A stretch of DNA of 64,000 nt. It comes from Acetatifactor sp. (GTDB lineage: Bacteria > Bacillota > Clostridia > Lachnospirales > Lachnospiraceae). Position 1 is the first letter of the stretch, and every line of letters starts with the position of its first letter. The DNA is taken from contig JAZNMF010000013.1 in assembly GCA_045579545.1 (NCBI GenBank), positions 6,721 through 70,720 on the forward strand. The letters run 5' to 3'. Position numbers and translations under genes: made by a program. Below, piece by piece: positions 9,212-18,791 of the stretch. A model generated the notes under the pieces. The model made no database searches. It saw nothing but the letters and a program-made list of their open reading frames with translations, and was not told where the DNA came from.

Positions 9212-9820
9212 TTAAATCAGTTTCTTTAATGCAGCTTTCAATATAGAACCGGAATCCATGTTCTCAATGCCTTCAATGGAATTCACTGCTTTCATACTCT
9301 CGCTCTGTCCGTAACCAAGAGAAACAAGGGCTTCCACAGCCTCTCTCTTCTGCGCTGAATCGGCAACGGAAAGATTGCCGCCTTGTGCGGCGATCTGACT
9401 GCCGACATATGTATCTTCCAGTGAAATCTTTCCTTTTAATTCCAAAATAAGACGTTCTGCTGTTTTTTTGCCGACACCGGGTGCCTTTGCAATTGCTTTC
9501 ACATCTCCGGACATAATGGCAAATCTCAAAGAATCTGTATCAAGTGCCGAGAGGATTGCCTGGGCTCCTTTTGGACCGATACCGCTGACCGTGATACATA
9601 GTTTAAACAGTTCCAATTCATCTCTGGTTAAAAAACCATACAGTGAAAATGCGTCCTCTTTGACCAGTGTATAGGTGTATAACTTGACAAACTCTCCAAT
9701 ACCCGGCAATCTACATGCCGTGTCAGCAGAAATCTTCACATTGCAACCGATGTCATGGACATCGATCACAACATTATCTTCCGTAATATCTTCAACAATC
9801 CCTTTGATGTATGCGATCAT
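9212..9820 (-). CDS. ruvA: Holliday junction branch migration protein RuvA
   Basis: MIAYIKG, LYGF, VSGIGPK, PGVGKKTAERLILELK and EAVEALVSLGY motifs. Confidence 0.96.
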   Translation of the reverse strand: MIAYIKGIVEDITEDNVVIDVHDIGCNVKISADTACRLPGIGEFVKLYTYTLVKEDAFSLYGFLTRDELELFKLCITVSGIGPKGAQAILSALDTDSLRFAIMSGDVKAIAKAPGVGKKTAERLILELKGKISLEDTYVGSQIAAQGGNLSVADSAQKREAVEALVSLGYGQSESMKAVNSIEGIENMDSGSILKAALKKLI

Positions 9821-9900
9821 AATAATATTGGCGACTGTTCAGCAGCCACCCTCTCCTTCTGTTCTGATATTATCATACCAGAACAAATGTTTTTCTGCAA

Positions 9901-11271
9901 CTACTTATTTGAACGCAAAAGCCTTCTGTATACAATGATAAAACAGAGCAGATGGACTAAAAATGTCAAAAGCCAGCTGATTGGATAAGACCAATAGAGA
10001 CATTTGAGTGTATTGATTTCTCTAAAAATGGTAACAACCCAGACAATACGGAAGATGCATGCCCCGGAAAGAGATACGATCATAGGCATTATCGCATATC
10101 CCATGCCGCGCAATGAGCCCACAATCACGTCCATCATGCCACAGAGGAAATATAGTGTACATATGATACTTAAACGGAGTGTGGCGACTTCTATAGCAGC
10201 AGGGTCATCGGAATACAAAAACAAAAGCTTGTCAGAAAACAAATACATCAGATTGCCGAATATAAGGCCCACACCAATTACGGTAAGTTCGCTGATCCAT
10301 AGGATTTTGCTGATCCGTTTATATTTTCTTGCACCGTAATTCTGTCCGGTAAAGCTGATGGAAGTTTGGTATAAGGCGTTCATGGAAGTGTAAACAAAGC
10401 CTTCCAGATTGCCTGATGCTGTATTGCCTGCTATCGCAATAGATCCGAAGGAATTGACGGATGACTGGATCAGTACGTTTGAGACGGAAAACAGTGCGCC
10501 CTGAAGGCCTGCCGGCAAACCAATCTGAAACATTTTAAGGAATTTGTCCCGATGAATCTTTAAAGCCTTTAAATTAAGTCTATAATCTGCATCAGTCCTA
10601 ATCAGGCATCTGATTACTAAAGCCGCAGAAATTGCTTGAGAAATGACTGTGGCCAAGGCCACACCTGCCACATCCATGTGAAACACAATGACAAAGATCA
10701 GATTCAGAACCACATTGACAACTCCTGCCAATAACAGATAATATAGAGGTCGCTTGGTATCCCCAATGGCACGAAGTATTGCGCTACCGAAATAATATAG
10801 CATCATTACAGGCATGCCGCAAAAATAGATTCTCATGTATAGAACAGACATATCAATAACATTGTCGGGAGTTCCCATAAGACGAAGTGCAGGCTCAGCA
10901 AGAAGACACCCAACAACTACAAGAAATACTCCGCTCACAATGGCTGTAGCAATGGCTGTATGAACAATTTCGTTTAGCTCTTTCTTCTGTCCGGCTCCAA
11001 AATATCTGGCAACCAGAACATTGGTGCCTACAGACAACCCAACAAATACATTGATCAACAGATTGATCAAAGAACCGGTTGTTCCAACTGCAGCAAGAGC
11101 GTCTTCACCTGCAAACCTGCCTACTACAATCATGTCGGCTGCATTAAATAAAAGCTGCAGAATACCGGACAACATAAGAGGTACCGCATAAACGATCATT
11201 TTACGGAATAATGGTCCGTTGCACATATCGACTTCATACTTGTTCTTTTTTAATGCATTTTCGTATGCCAT
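9901..11271 (-). CDS. MATE family efflux transporter
   Basis: PLMLSGILQLLFNAADMIVVGRF, LRAIGDTKRPL and LRGMG motifs; about 12 TM segments. Confidence 0.9.
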   Translation of the reverse strand: MAYENALKKNKYEVDMCNGPLFRKMIVYAVPLMLSGILQLLFNAADMIVVGRFAGEDALAAVGTTGSLINLLINVFVGLSVGTNVLVARYFGAGQKKELNEIVHTAIATAIVSGVFLVVVGCLLAEPALRLMGTPDNVIDMSVLYMRIYFCGMPVMMLYYFGSAILRAIGDTKRPLYYLLLAGVVNVVLNLIFVIVFHMDVAGVALATVISQAISAALVIRCLIRTDADYRLNLKALKIHRDKFLKMFQIGLPAGLQGALFSVSNVLIQSSVNSFGSIAIAGNTASGNLEGFVYTSMNALYQTSISFTGQNYGARKYKRISKILWISELTVIGVGLIFGNLMYLFSDKLLFLYSDDPAAIEVATLRLSIICTLYFLCGMMDVIVGSLRGMGYAIMPMIVSLSGACIFRIVWVVTIFREINTLKCLYWSYPISWLLTFLVHLLCFIIVYRRLLRSNK

Positions 11272-11347
11272 AACAAAAAAGCCTCCTTCATATGTACTAT
11301 CGTCTATCATAGCACATTTGAAGGGGCTTTTCTATACTAATCTTATT

Positions 11348-11836
11348 TTATTTATTACTGTTAATGTAAGGGATCAAACCGCCTTCAGCAATGATCTTCT
11401 GCATGAATTCAGGGAAGGGTTGTCCTTTGAATTCTGTACCTTTTGTGCGGTTGTAGATCATACCGGAGTCAAAATCCACTTCCACTTCATCGCCTGCTTC
11501 GATTCCCTTGGAAGCTTCTGCACACTCAATGATGGGGAGGCCGATGTTGATTGCATTGCGGTAAAAGATACGTGCAAAGGTTTCAGCGATGACGCAGCTG
11601 ACGCCAGCTGCCTTAATAGCAATGGGGGCATGCTCTCTTGAAGATCCGCAGCCAAAATTCTTCTCTGCAACGATAATATCGCCTTTCTGAACCTTCTTTA
11701 CAAATTCTTTATCAATGTCTTCCATGCAGTGAGTAGCAAGTTCTGCAGGATCAGACGAATTCAGATATCTGGCGGGGATGATAACGTCTGTATCTACATT
11801 ATCACCGTATTTAAAAACGATTCCTTTAGCGTTCAT
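11348..11836 (-). CDS. leuD: 3-isopropylmalate dehydratase small subunit
   Basis: [28 protein letters not shown] and [15 protein letters not shown] motifs. Confidence 0.93.
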   Translation of the reverse strand: MNAKGIVFKYGDNVDTDVIIPARYLNSSDPAELATHCMEDIDKEFVKKVQKGDIIVAEKNFGCGSSREHAPIAIKAAGVSCVIAETFARIFYRNAINIGLPIIECAEASKGIEAGDEVEVDFDSGMIYNRTKGTEFKGQPFPEFMQKIIAEGGLIPYINSNK

Positions 11837-11860
11837 GGTTATTTCCTCTCTCGACTTTAT

Positions 11861-13129
11861 TTACATTCCCAGTTCGTAAGGGCTTGAAATCTTACCGGTA
11901 ATTGCACTCGCTGCAGCAACAGCAGGACTTGCAAGGTAGATTTCACTGTTAACATGTCCCATACGGCCTACGAAGTTACGGTTAGTTGTAGATACGCATC
12001 TTTCGCCTTCGGCAAGGACTCCCATATATCCTCCAAGACAAGGTCCGCATGTGGGAGTACTTACTATAGCGCCGGCTTCAATAAAGGTTCTTAATAGCCC
12101 CTCTTCCATTGCCTGTAAATAGATTGCCTGAGTGGCAGGAATTACAATACATCTCATTCCTTCAGCAATATGCTTTCCTTTCAGTACTTTGGCTGCAATA
12201 CGAAGATCGTCCAATCTTCCGTTGGTGCAGGAACCAATTACCACCTGATCAATAGCGATATCTTCCTTGATCTCGTCGATGGTATGTGTATTCTCAGGTA
12301 AATGGGGGAATGCGATGGTAGGACGCAGCGTACTTAAATCGATGGTATACTCTTCATCATATACAGCATCTTCATCCGCTTCAAATATCCGATAGCTTCT
12401 TTCAGAATGCTCTTTCATATAAGTTTCTGCAAGAGCATCAACAGGGAAAATGCCGTTTTTACCGCCGGCTTCGATTGCCATATTAGCGATGGTAAATCGG
12501 TCATCCATGGAAAGATTGGCAATGCCTTCTCCTACAAATTCCATTGATTTATACAATGCTCCGTCTACCCCGATCATACCGATAATGTGAAGGATCACAT
12601 CCTTACCGCTGACCCATTTGTCTGGTTTACCTACAATGTTGAATTTTATAGCACTGGGAACTTTGAACCAGGCTTTTCCGGTAGCCATTCCGGCGGCCAT
12701 ATCCGTACTTCCGACACCGGTTGAAAATGCACCGAGTGCACCGTATGTACAGGTATGGGAGTCTGCTCCGATAATCACGTCGCCTGCAACTGTGAGGCCT
12801 TTTTCCGGAAGAAGTGCGTGCTCAATACCCATCTGACCAACCTCAAAATAATTGGTGATCTCGTTGCGACGTGCAAATTCTCTCACACACTTACAGTGCT
12901 CTGCTGATTTAATATCTTTGTTCGGAACAAAATGATCAGGAACCAGTGCAATTTTATCTTTGTTAAAAACACCGTCTACCTTCATCTTCTCCATCTCTTT
13001 GATGGCAACAGGACTGGTAATATCGTTGCCGAGAACCAGATCAAGGTTGGCCTCGATCAGTTGTCCGGCTTCCACCTTATCAAGTCCGGCGGCGGCTGCC
13101 AGAATCTTTTGTGTCATAGTCATTCCCAT
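11861..13129 (-). CDS. leuC: 3-isopropylmalate dehydratase large subunit
   Basis: [39 protein letters not shown] and YLASP motifs. Confidence 0.93.
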   Translation of the reverse strand: MGMTMTQKILAAAAGLDKVEAGQLIEANLDLVLGNDITSPVAIKEMEKMKVDGVFNKDKIALVPDHFVPNKDIKSAEHCKCVREFARRNEITNYFEVGQMGIEHALLPEKGLTVAGDVIIGADSHTCTYGALGAFSTGVGSTDMAAGMATGKAWFKVPSAIKFNIVGKPDKWVSGKDVILHIIGMIGVDGALYKSMEFVGEGIANLSMDDRFTIANMAIEAGGKNGIFPVDALAETYMKEHSERSYRIFEADEDAVYDEEYTIDLSTLRPTIAFPHLPENTHTIDEIKEDIAIDQVVIGSCTNGRLDDLRIAAKVLKGKHIAEGMRCIVIPATQAIYLQAMEEGLLRTFIEAGAIVSTPTCGPCLGGYMGVLAEGERCVSTTNRNFVGRMGHVNSEIYLASPAVAAASAITGKISSPYELGM

Positions 13130-13212
13130 GAGAATACCTCCTGATATCATAAATTATATATATCATATCATATTAACTATTTTGTTTCAAATGTTATATA
13201 TTCATACTTGTA

Positions 13213-13258
13213 ATAACCACAAGTTATGTTGTAAAATATAACTAAAATTAATAGTTAT
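13213..13258. promoter_or_regulatory. Candidate LysR-type operator sites between leuC and the divergent LysR gene
   Basis: ATAAC-N5-GTTAT (T-N11-A) at 13213-13227 and ATAACTA-N7-TAGTTAT at 13238-13258. Confidence 0.55.
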
Positions 13259-13268
13259 GGAGTAAATT

Positions 13269-14153
13269 ATGTACAAATCTTTAAATCAATATTATATCTT
13301 TTATACTGTGGCTCAGTGTAACAATTTTTCACTGGCTGCCAAAAAACTCTTTATTACGCAACCGGCTGTCAGTAAAGCAGTTTCCAAATTGGAATCTGAT
13401 CTTAACACAACATTGTTCTACAGATCAAGTAAAGGGGTAAAACTTACCGATGCCGGTCAAATATTATATGAGCAGCTTGATGCAGCCTTTCTTGCCATTA
13501 AAAACGGTGAAGAACAAATTACGAATTACGAGCAAAGCGGCAGTGGTCAACTCTCCATCGGAGCAAGTACAACCTTGTGTAAATATGTACTTCTCCCCTA
13601 TCTCAGAAGATTTATTGCAGAGAATCCCCATGTAAAGATCAGAATTTCCTGTCAGTCGTCTTATGAAACAATCGAAGCACTGAAAAAAGGGACACTGGAC
13701 ATCGGACTGGTCGGTGAGACGGATCGCCTGAAAGAACTTAAATTTAAACCCATACTGTCGATATCGGATGTTTTTGTTGGAACTTCGCAGTATCTTGATC
13801 TTTTTAAGGACAAAGAATCAGACGAACTATTTTCAGACGCCACTCTTCTTTTACTTGATAAAAGTAACGTGACAAGACAATATGTGGATAAATTCCTGAT
13901 ACTTAACCATATTATCAGCGGTCAGACAATCGAAGTTTCCTCTATGGACCTCTTGATAGACTTTGTAAAAACAGGACTTGGAATAGGCTGTGTGATCAAA
14001 GAATTTGTAGAAAAGGAACTGGCGGAAGGATCACTTACACTTATTGAGACAAAAGAAAAAATTCCGGCCAGAAAGATCGGTTATGCATATTCATCCATAA
14101 GAAAAGTAAACAGAACCGTAACTCGCTTCCTGAATGGTTTGGAATCAAAATAA
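13269..14153 (+). CDS. LysR family transcriptional regulator
   Basis: N-terminal HTH FYTVAQCNNFSLAAKKLFITQPAVSKAVSKLE; 294 aa; divergent from leuCD. Confidence 0.93.
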   Translation: MYKSLNQYYIFYTVAQCNNFSLAAKKLFITQPAVSKAVSKLESDLNTTLFYRSSKGVKLTDAGQILYEQLDAAFLAIKNGEEQITNYEQSGSGQLSIGASTTLCKYVLLPYLRRFIAENPHVKIRISCQSSYETIEALKKGTLDIGLVGETDRLKELKFKPILSISDVFVGTSQYLDLFKDKESDELFSDATLLLLDKSNVTRQYVDKFLILNHIISGQTIEVSSMDLLIDFVKTGLGIGCVIKEFVEKELAEGSLTLIETKEKIPARKIGYAYSSIRKVNRTVTRFLNGLESK

Positions 14154-14176
14154 TAATGAATTATATTTAGTATAAA

Positions 14177-14204
14177 AAGTACCCCGAATCCATCCGGGGT
14201 ACTT
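14177..14204. terminator. Terminator hairpin between convergent lysR and sipW
   Basis: AAGTACCCCG / CGGGGTACTT stem. Confidence 0.65.
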
Positions 14205-14205
14205 C

Positions 14206-14310
14206 CCTATAATGCAAAAACGCTCCGCCAGGATCGCACTGCGGCGATGCGGTAATTGTCTGCTTCGCAGACCCGCCGCAGGCGGAATTTCGCAAAGCAA
14301 AATTCTTTTT
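14206..14310. repeat. Triple-hairpin repeat, copy 2
   Basis: Near-identical to 2850-2954 (CCTATAATGC.AAAACGCTCCG..GGATCGCACTGCGGCGA.GCGGTA.TTGTCTGCTTCGCAGACCCGCCGCAGGCGG..AATTTCGCAAAGC.AAATTCTTTT). Confidence 0.85.
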
Positions 14311-15017
14311 TACTTTGGAGAATCCTTAATTATTTCTTTTCCCTGGATTTTAAGCTGTTCTCTCAGCTCCTGCAGTTCTTGCTGCATACGCTGTAATTCA
14401 GCTCTTTCTTCCTCCAACTTCTTCTGTTCTTCAGCCAATTTTGCGGCATTTTCTGCCTCCATTTCAGAGCGATACTGTTTAAATAATTTCACACAATCTG
14501 AGGTACGAAGTGCGATAAGAATAAGGAAGGGGACAAGGATCAACAGAATATAACCGGGTACTGTTTTCAGGAAGTTAAATAATCTGCCGATTACGGGTAT
14601 CTTCATACGATATTGTCCGATGATGTCGTTGTAGGAAACTACATATTCGTCATCTACACCCGTGGTGGTGCCATAAGTAACAAATCCGGGATTTCCCTTG
14701 GCGTCAACAGTTTTACTACGTATTTTATGTGTAATGGTTTGGCCGAAGCTGTCAGGGTTCTGTGATATATAACTGATAATATCACCTTCCTGTAACGTCT
14801 CCGGATCAGTTTCCTTTATCAGGATCAGATCGCCTGCACTGAAATCAGTAGCACTCATGGAATCGGACATTACAATATATACTTTATATCCAAAGATGCT
14901 TCTGTCACTGCGATTAAACGTTGTCACCGAAACCACAGTAAAAATTAACATAAATATTGTTAACACAACCAATAGTATGGTTAAAACATTTTTAATTCTA
15001 TCCCAAGTCTTCTTCAT
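14310..15017 (-). CDS. Signal peptidase I, SipW/ER-type, with C-terminal TM and coiled coil
   Basis: IVMSDSMS (catalytic Ser), GDLILIKE, ITHKI (His), TYGTTTGVDD and RMKIPVIG motifs. Confidence 0.85.
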   Translation of the reverse strand: MKKTWDRIKNVLTILLVVLTIFMLIFTVVSVTTFNRSDRSIFGYKVYIVMSDSMSATDFSAGDLILIKETDPETLQEGDIISYISQNPDSFGQTITHKIRSKTVDAKGNPGFVTYGTTTGVDDEYVVSYNDIIGQYRMKIPVIGRLFNFLKTVPGYILLILVPFLILIALRTSDCVKLFKQYRSEMEAENAAKLAEEQKKLEEERAELQRMQQELQELREQLKIQGKEIIKDSPK

Positions 15018-15125
15018 GTTTAAGTCTCCTTATTCGAAAGATTTATCCGGATTGTTGGCACTCTGTACCGCATCCTCGTCCACATACCAGGTAAAATCTG
15101 CCACCAGCGGAAGGTTCTTCTTTTC

Positions 15126-16307
15126 TCAGAAAAAGAATCCTGCTCCCTCATGCAGATATCCACCGCTAAGATACAATTTTTTAACTTCTCTCTGCAAGCT
15201 TGTCTCTTCCGGAAGCAGGCTGTAGTCCTGAGGAAGTATCGACAGCGCAGGAAAAACAAACTCAAATACCAGCTGTCCGGAGCTTGGGAAGGGTACTCTG
15301 ATAAAGTCTTCCTGAAAACCCAGAATATTTGAGGTAGGCTTTAAAATATGCTGAAGTTCAGCAGACATCAGCCATGAACTGCAAAAGAAAGCCTTGTACT
15401 CCAATTCAGGATAACACTCTGCCATCACCCTTCTGGCACGTTCATATGACTTATGAATTGCATCTCTATCAAAGCTTCCATCCGGCGGAATATGAATCCG
15501 CAACACCGGATCCTGAGAAGACAGACATAGTTGCCATTCATCCTTGGGCAAAACTGTTACTTCCCTGTTTACAAGACCCTCTGTTACGCTGTGTCCTGTC
15601 ACGGTGTTTTCAGTTTCTGTGATCTTTGCCAAGAAGCTACCTTCCGGATCGGTATGCCCCACTGAGCCCAGCATCCTGCCACTAGCATGTACTTCCAGAT
15701 AATCTGCTAAAATGCGCAAATTACCTTCTCTGTTCTTATACACACGCACTCCCGGCAGATACTTTCCGGGAAGGTCGTATTTAAACCGTTCAATCCGTAT
15801 CAGCTTATTATGTAGTAGTCGATTGATCCAAATAAGTCTCCCAAAATCAAACATTGGCCTGCTGCATTTTTCTACACAATAATCATATTCATTCATGGTA
15901 GATATGATCACATCCACCGGCACATTTCGTCCTCTTAAATATGCCAGATTCTCCGGAATTCTGGGAAGCGCTGCAAATAAATGCAGGAAATCATATTCTA
16001 TACCTTCCCCTTTGGGAGCCTGATACTCTTCGTACGGCAAGTGTTCATTCTGACACACCCACACCTCCAGTAAGCATATCAAAAGAACCATAGCTTCCTT
16101 GTCACGAATCTTTTTGGCGGCTTCTAGAATCATTTTACGATAAGAAACCAGTACGTTACAGCTATCCAATGTTTTTGTAATAAAATCATCAGATAATATT
16201 TTGGCGGCATGTTCCCGCCAGAAATCCTGTATCTGCTCATAGATTTCCGGGAACGATGGCGGCACCCTTTCCAGACCAAGTTGTTCACACATCTCTGTTG
16301 TGTTCAT
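15126..16307 (-). CDS. Acyltransferase domain-containing protein (NAT_N/GNAT_C-like)
   Basis: LRIHIPPDGSF, FFCSSWLMS..L, SNILGFQ..F and TSLQREVK motifs recall the glycopeptide N-acyltransferase-like family. Confidence 0.65.
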   Translation of the reverse strand: MNTTEMCEQLGLERVPPSFPEIYEQIQDFWREHAAKILSDDFITKTLDSCNVLVSYRKMILEAAKKIRDKEAMVLLICLLEVWVCQNEHLPYEEYQAPKGEGIEYDFLHLFAALPRIPENLAYLRGRNVPVDVIISTMNEYDYCVEKCSRPMFDFGRLIWINRLLHNKLIRIERFKYDLPGKYLPGVRVYKNREGNLRILADYLEVHASGRMLGSVGHTDPEGSFLAKITETENTVTGHSVTEGLVNREVTVLPKDEWQLCLSSQDPVLRIHIPPDGSFDRDAIHKSYERARRVMAECYPELEYKAFFCSSWLMSAELQHILKPTSNILGFQEDFIRVPFPSSGQLVFEFVFPALSILPQDYSLLPEETSLQREVKKLYLSGGYLHEGAGFFF

Positions 16308-16375
16308 TTCCGGTTTCTGCCTTTCCTTCCCCTTATCAATATATTAACAGATTACACTCAGACTTATATAAGTGT

Positions 16376-16404
16376 ATCATAACACATTCGAAATTTCAGG
16401 TCAA
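16376..16404 (-). promoter_or_regulatory. Candidate sigma-A promoter of the acyltransferase gene
   Basis: TTGACC-17 nt-TATGAT with TG extension on the - strand. Confidence 0.6.
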
Positions 16405-16491
16405 CAATATAACAACTAGTGGTGTTTCCGTATGTCTCTCTTGTTGATACAGTTCCACAAAGTCAAATTTGTACTGGTAGATGTAATTCTG

Positions 16492-16531
16492 AAAAATACC
16501 CTCCTTACCGGAGTATCCAGCAAAGAGGGTA
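16492..16531 (-). terminator. Terminator after ilvC
   Basis: TACCCTC...GAGGGTA stem followed by TTTTT on the - strand. Confidence 0.6.
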
Positions 16532-16597
16532 CATATCAATGCCTCAATTTTTTTCTTCAGGGGATTATTTGAAGACCTTAGTCGATTACTTTAAAAA

Positions 16598-17659
<1,062 letters not shown>

Positions 17660-17699
17660 TTATTATCCCTAAAGCTAACTGATTAATCTCTCATCGATA

Positions 17700-18200
17700 T
17701 CAATCGATATAAGTAACATTATCGCTGCCGCGTCCAAGCCCTGCAATTCCTGTTCTGGCAAGTTCAAGGATTTCATATCCTCCCAGCAGATTGATAAATG
17801 CTTCAATTTTACTTTGGTTACCGGTAAGTTCAATGATCAGACTGTCAACTGAAACGTCAATAATCTTGGCACGGAAAATGTCGGTTACAGCGATCACTCC
17901 CTGTCGCTGTTCGGCAGTAGCCTTAATCTTGATCATAATGAGCTCACGGTATACACTTTCATCCGGTTTGAGTTCTTTGATATCACGGACGTCAACAAGC
18001 TTTGCAACCTGCTTCTCAATCTGTTCCAGAATCACGTCATCTCCTGAAGTAACGATTGTAATCCTTGTGAATCTGGGATCAGAAGTGGTTCCGGCAGTAA
18101 TGCTCTCAATGTTGTAACCGCGACGGGAAAACAATCCTGCGATACGACTCAAAACTCCTGAGGTGTTGTCAACAAGTAATTGAAAAACTTTCTTCTGCAT
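17700..18200 (-). CDS. ilvN: Acetolactate synthase small (regulatory) subunit, copy 1
   Basis: LLVDNTSGVLSRIAGLFSRRGYNIESI ACT domain; ELARTG at the C terminus. Confidence 0.93.
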   Translation of the reverse strand: MQKKVFQLLVDNTSGVLSRIAGLFSRRGYNIESITAGTTSDPRFTRITIVTSGDDVILEQIEKQVAKLVDVRDIKELKPDESVYRELIMIKIKATAEQRQGVIAVTDIFRAKIIDVSVDSLIIELTGNQSKIEAFINLLGGYEILELARTGIAGLGRGSDNVTYID

Positions 18201-18283
18201 AAAAAATATCCTCTCATGATAAACTCAACCAATCTTGTACATTTTAGCAAGATAAAGCGTTAATGTCAACACCAATGTGCTTA

Positions 18284-18778
18284 TTAGTCATCATTTTCCA
18301 TGCATCTCATGAGGGCAAGCGTTCCGGTACGGGCCACTTCCACGATACTGATAGACTGGAACATATTCAGCAAAAGCTTAATCTTTTCCGGAGAGTCACA
18401 GATCTGGATCATCATATAATGCTTGGACATATCTACTATCTGTGCTTTCATGATTTCGCAGATCTCCATGATATCACGGCGATTGTTCTTATTGTATTTG
18501 ATTTTTACCAGCATAAGCTCACGGCTGATGCTTTGGGAATCATCAAAGGTTTTTACTTTAATGACATCCAGTTTTTTGTTCAGCTGTTTTTCGATCTGTT
18601 CAATGGTGCGCTCGTCTCCATTTGATACAATGGTCATACAGGAAACATCCGGATCATCTGTCTCTCCTACTGCCAGACTGTCAATATTAAAGCATCTTCT
18701 GGAGAAAAGTCCTGCAACTTTACAGAGGACACCGGAACGGTTTTCAACTAATACAGAATAAATTCTTTTTCTGATCAT
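18284..18778 (-). CDS. ilvN: Acetolactate synthase small subunit, copy 2
   Basis: VLVENRSGVLCKVAGLFSRRCFNIDSLAVG ACT domain; EVARTG at the C terminus. Confidence 0.88.
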   Translation of the reverse strand: MIRKRIYSVLVENRSGVLCKVAGLFSRRCFNIDSLAVGETDDPDVSCMTIVSNGDERTIEQIEKQLNKKLDVIKVKTFDDSQSISRELMLVKIKYNKNNRRDIMEICEIMKAQIVDMSKHYMMIQICDSPEKIKLLLNMFQSISIVEVARTGTLALMRCMENDD

Positions 18779-18791
18779 ATCCGTTTCCTCC

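Noticed and set aside
15060-15128. Selenocysteine recoding at the acyltransferase TGA
   Set aside because: No convincing SECIS hairpin directly after the UGA and no redox-motif context.
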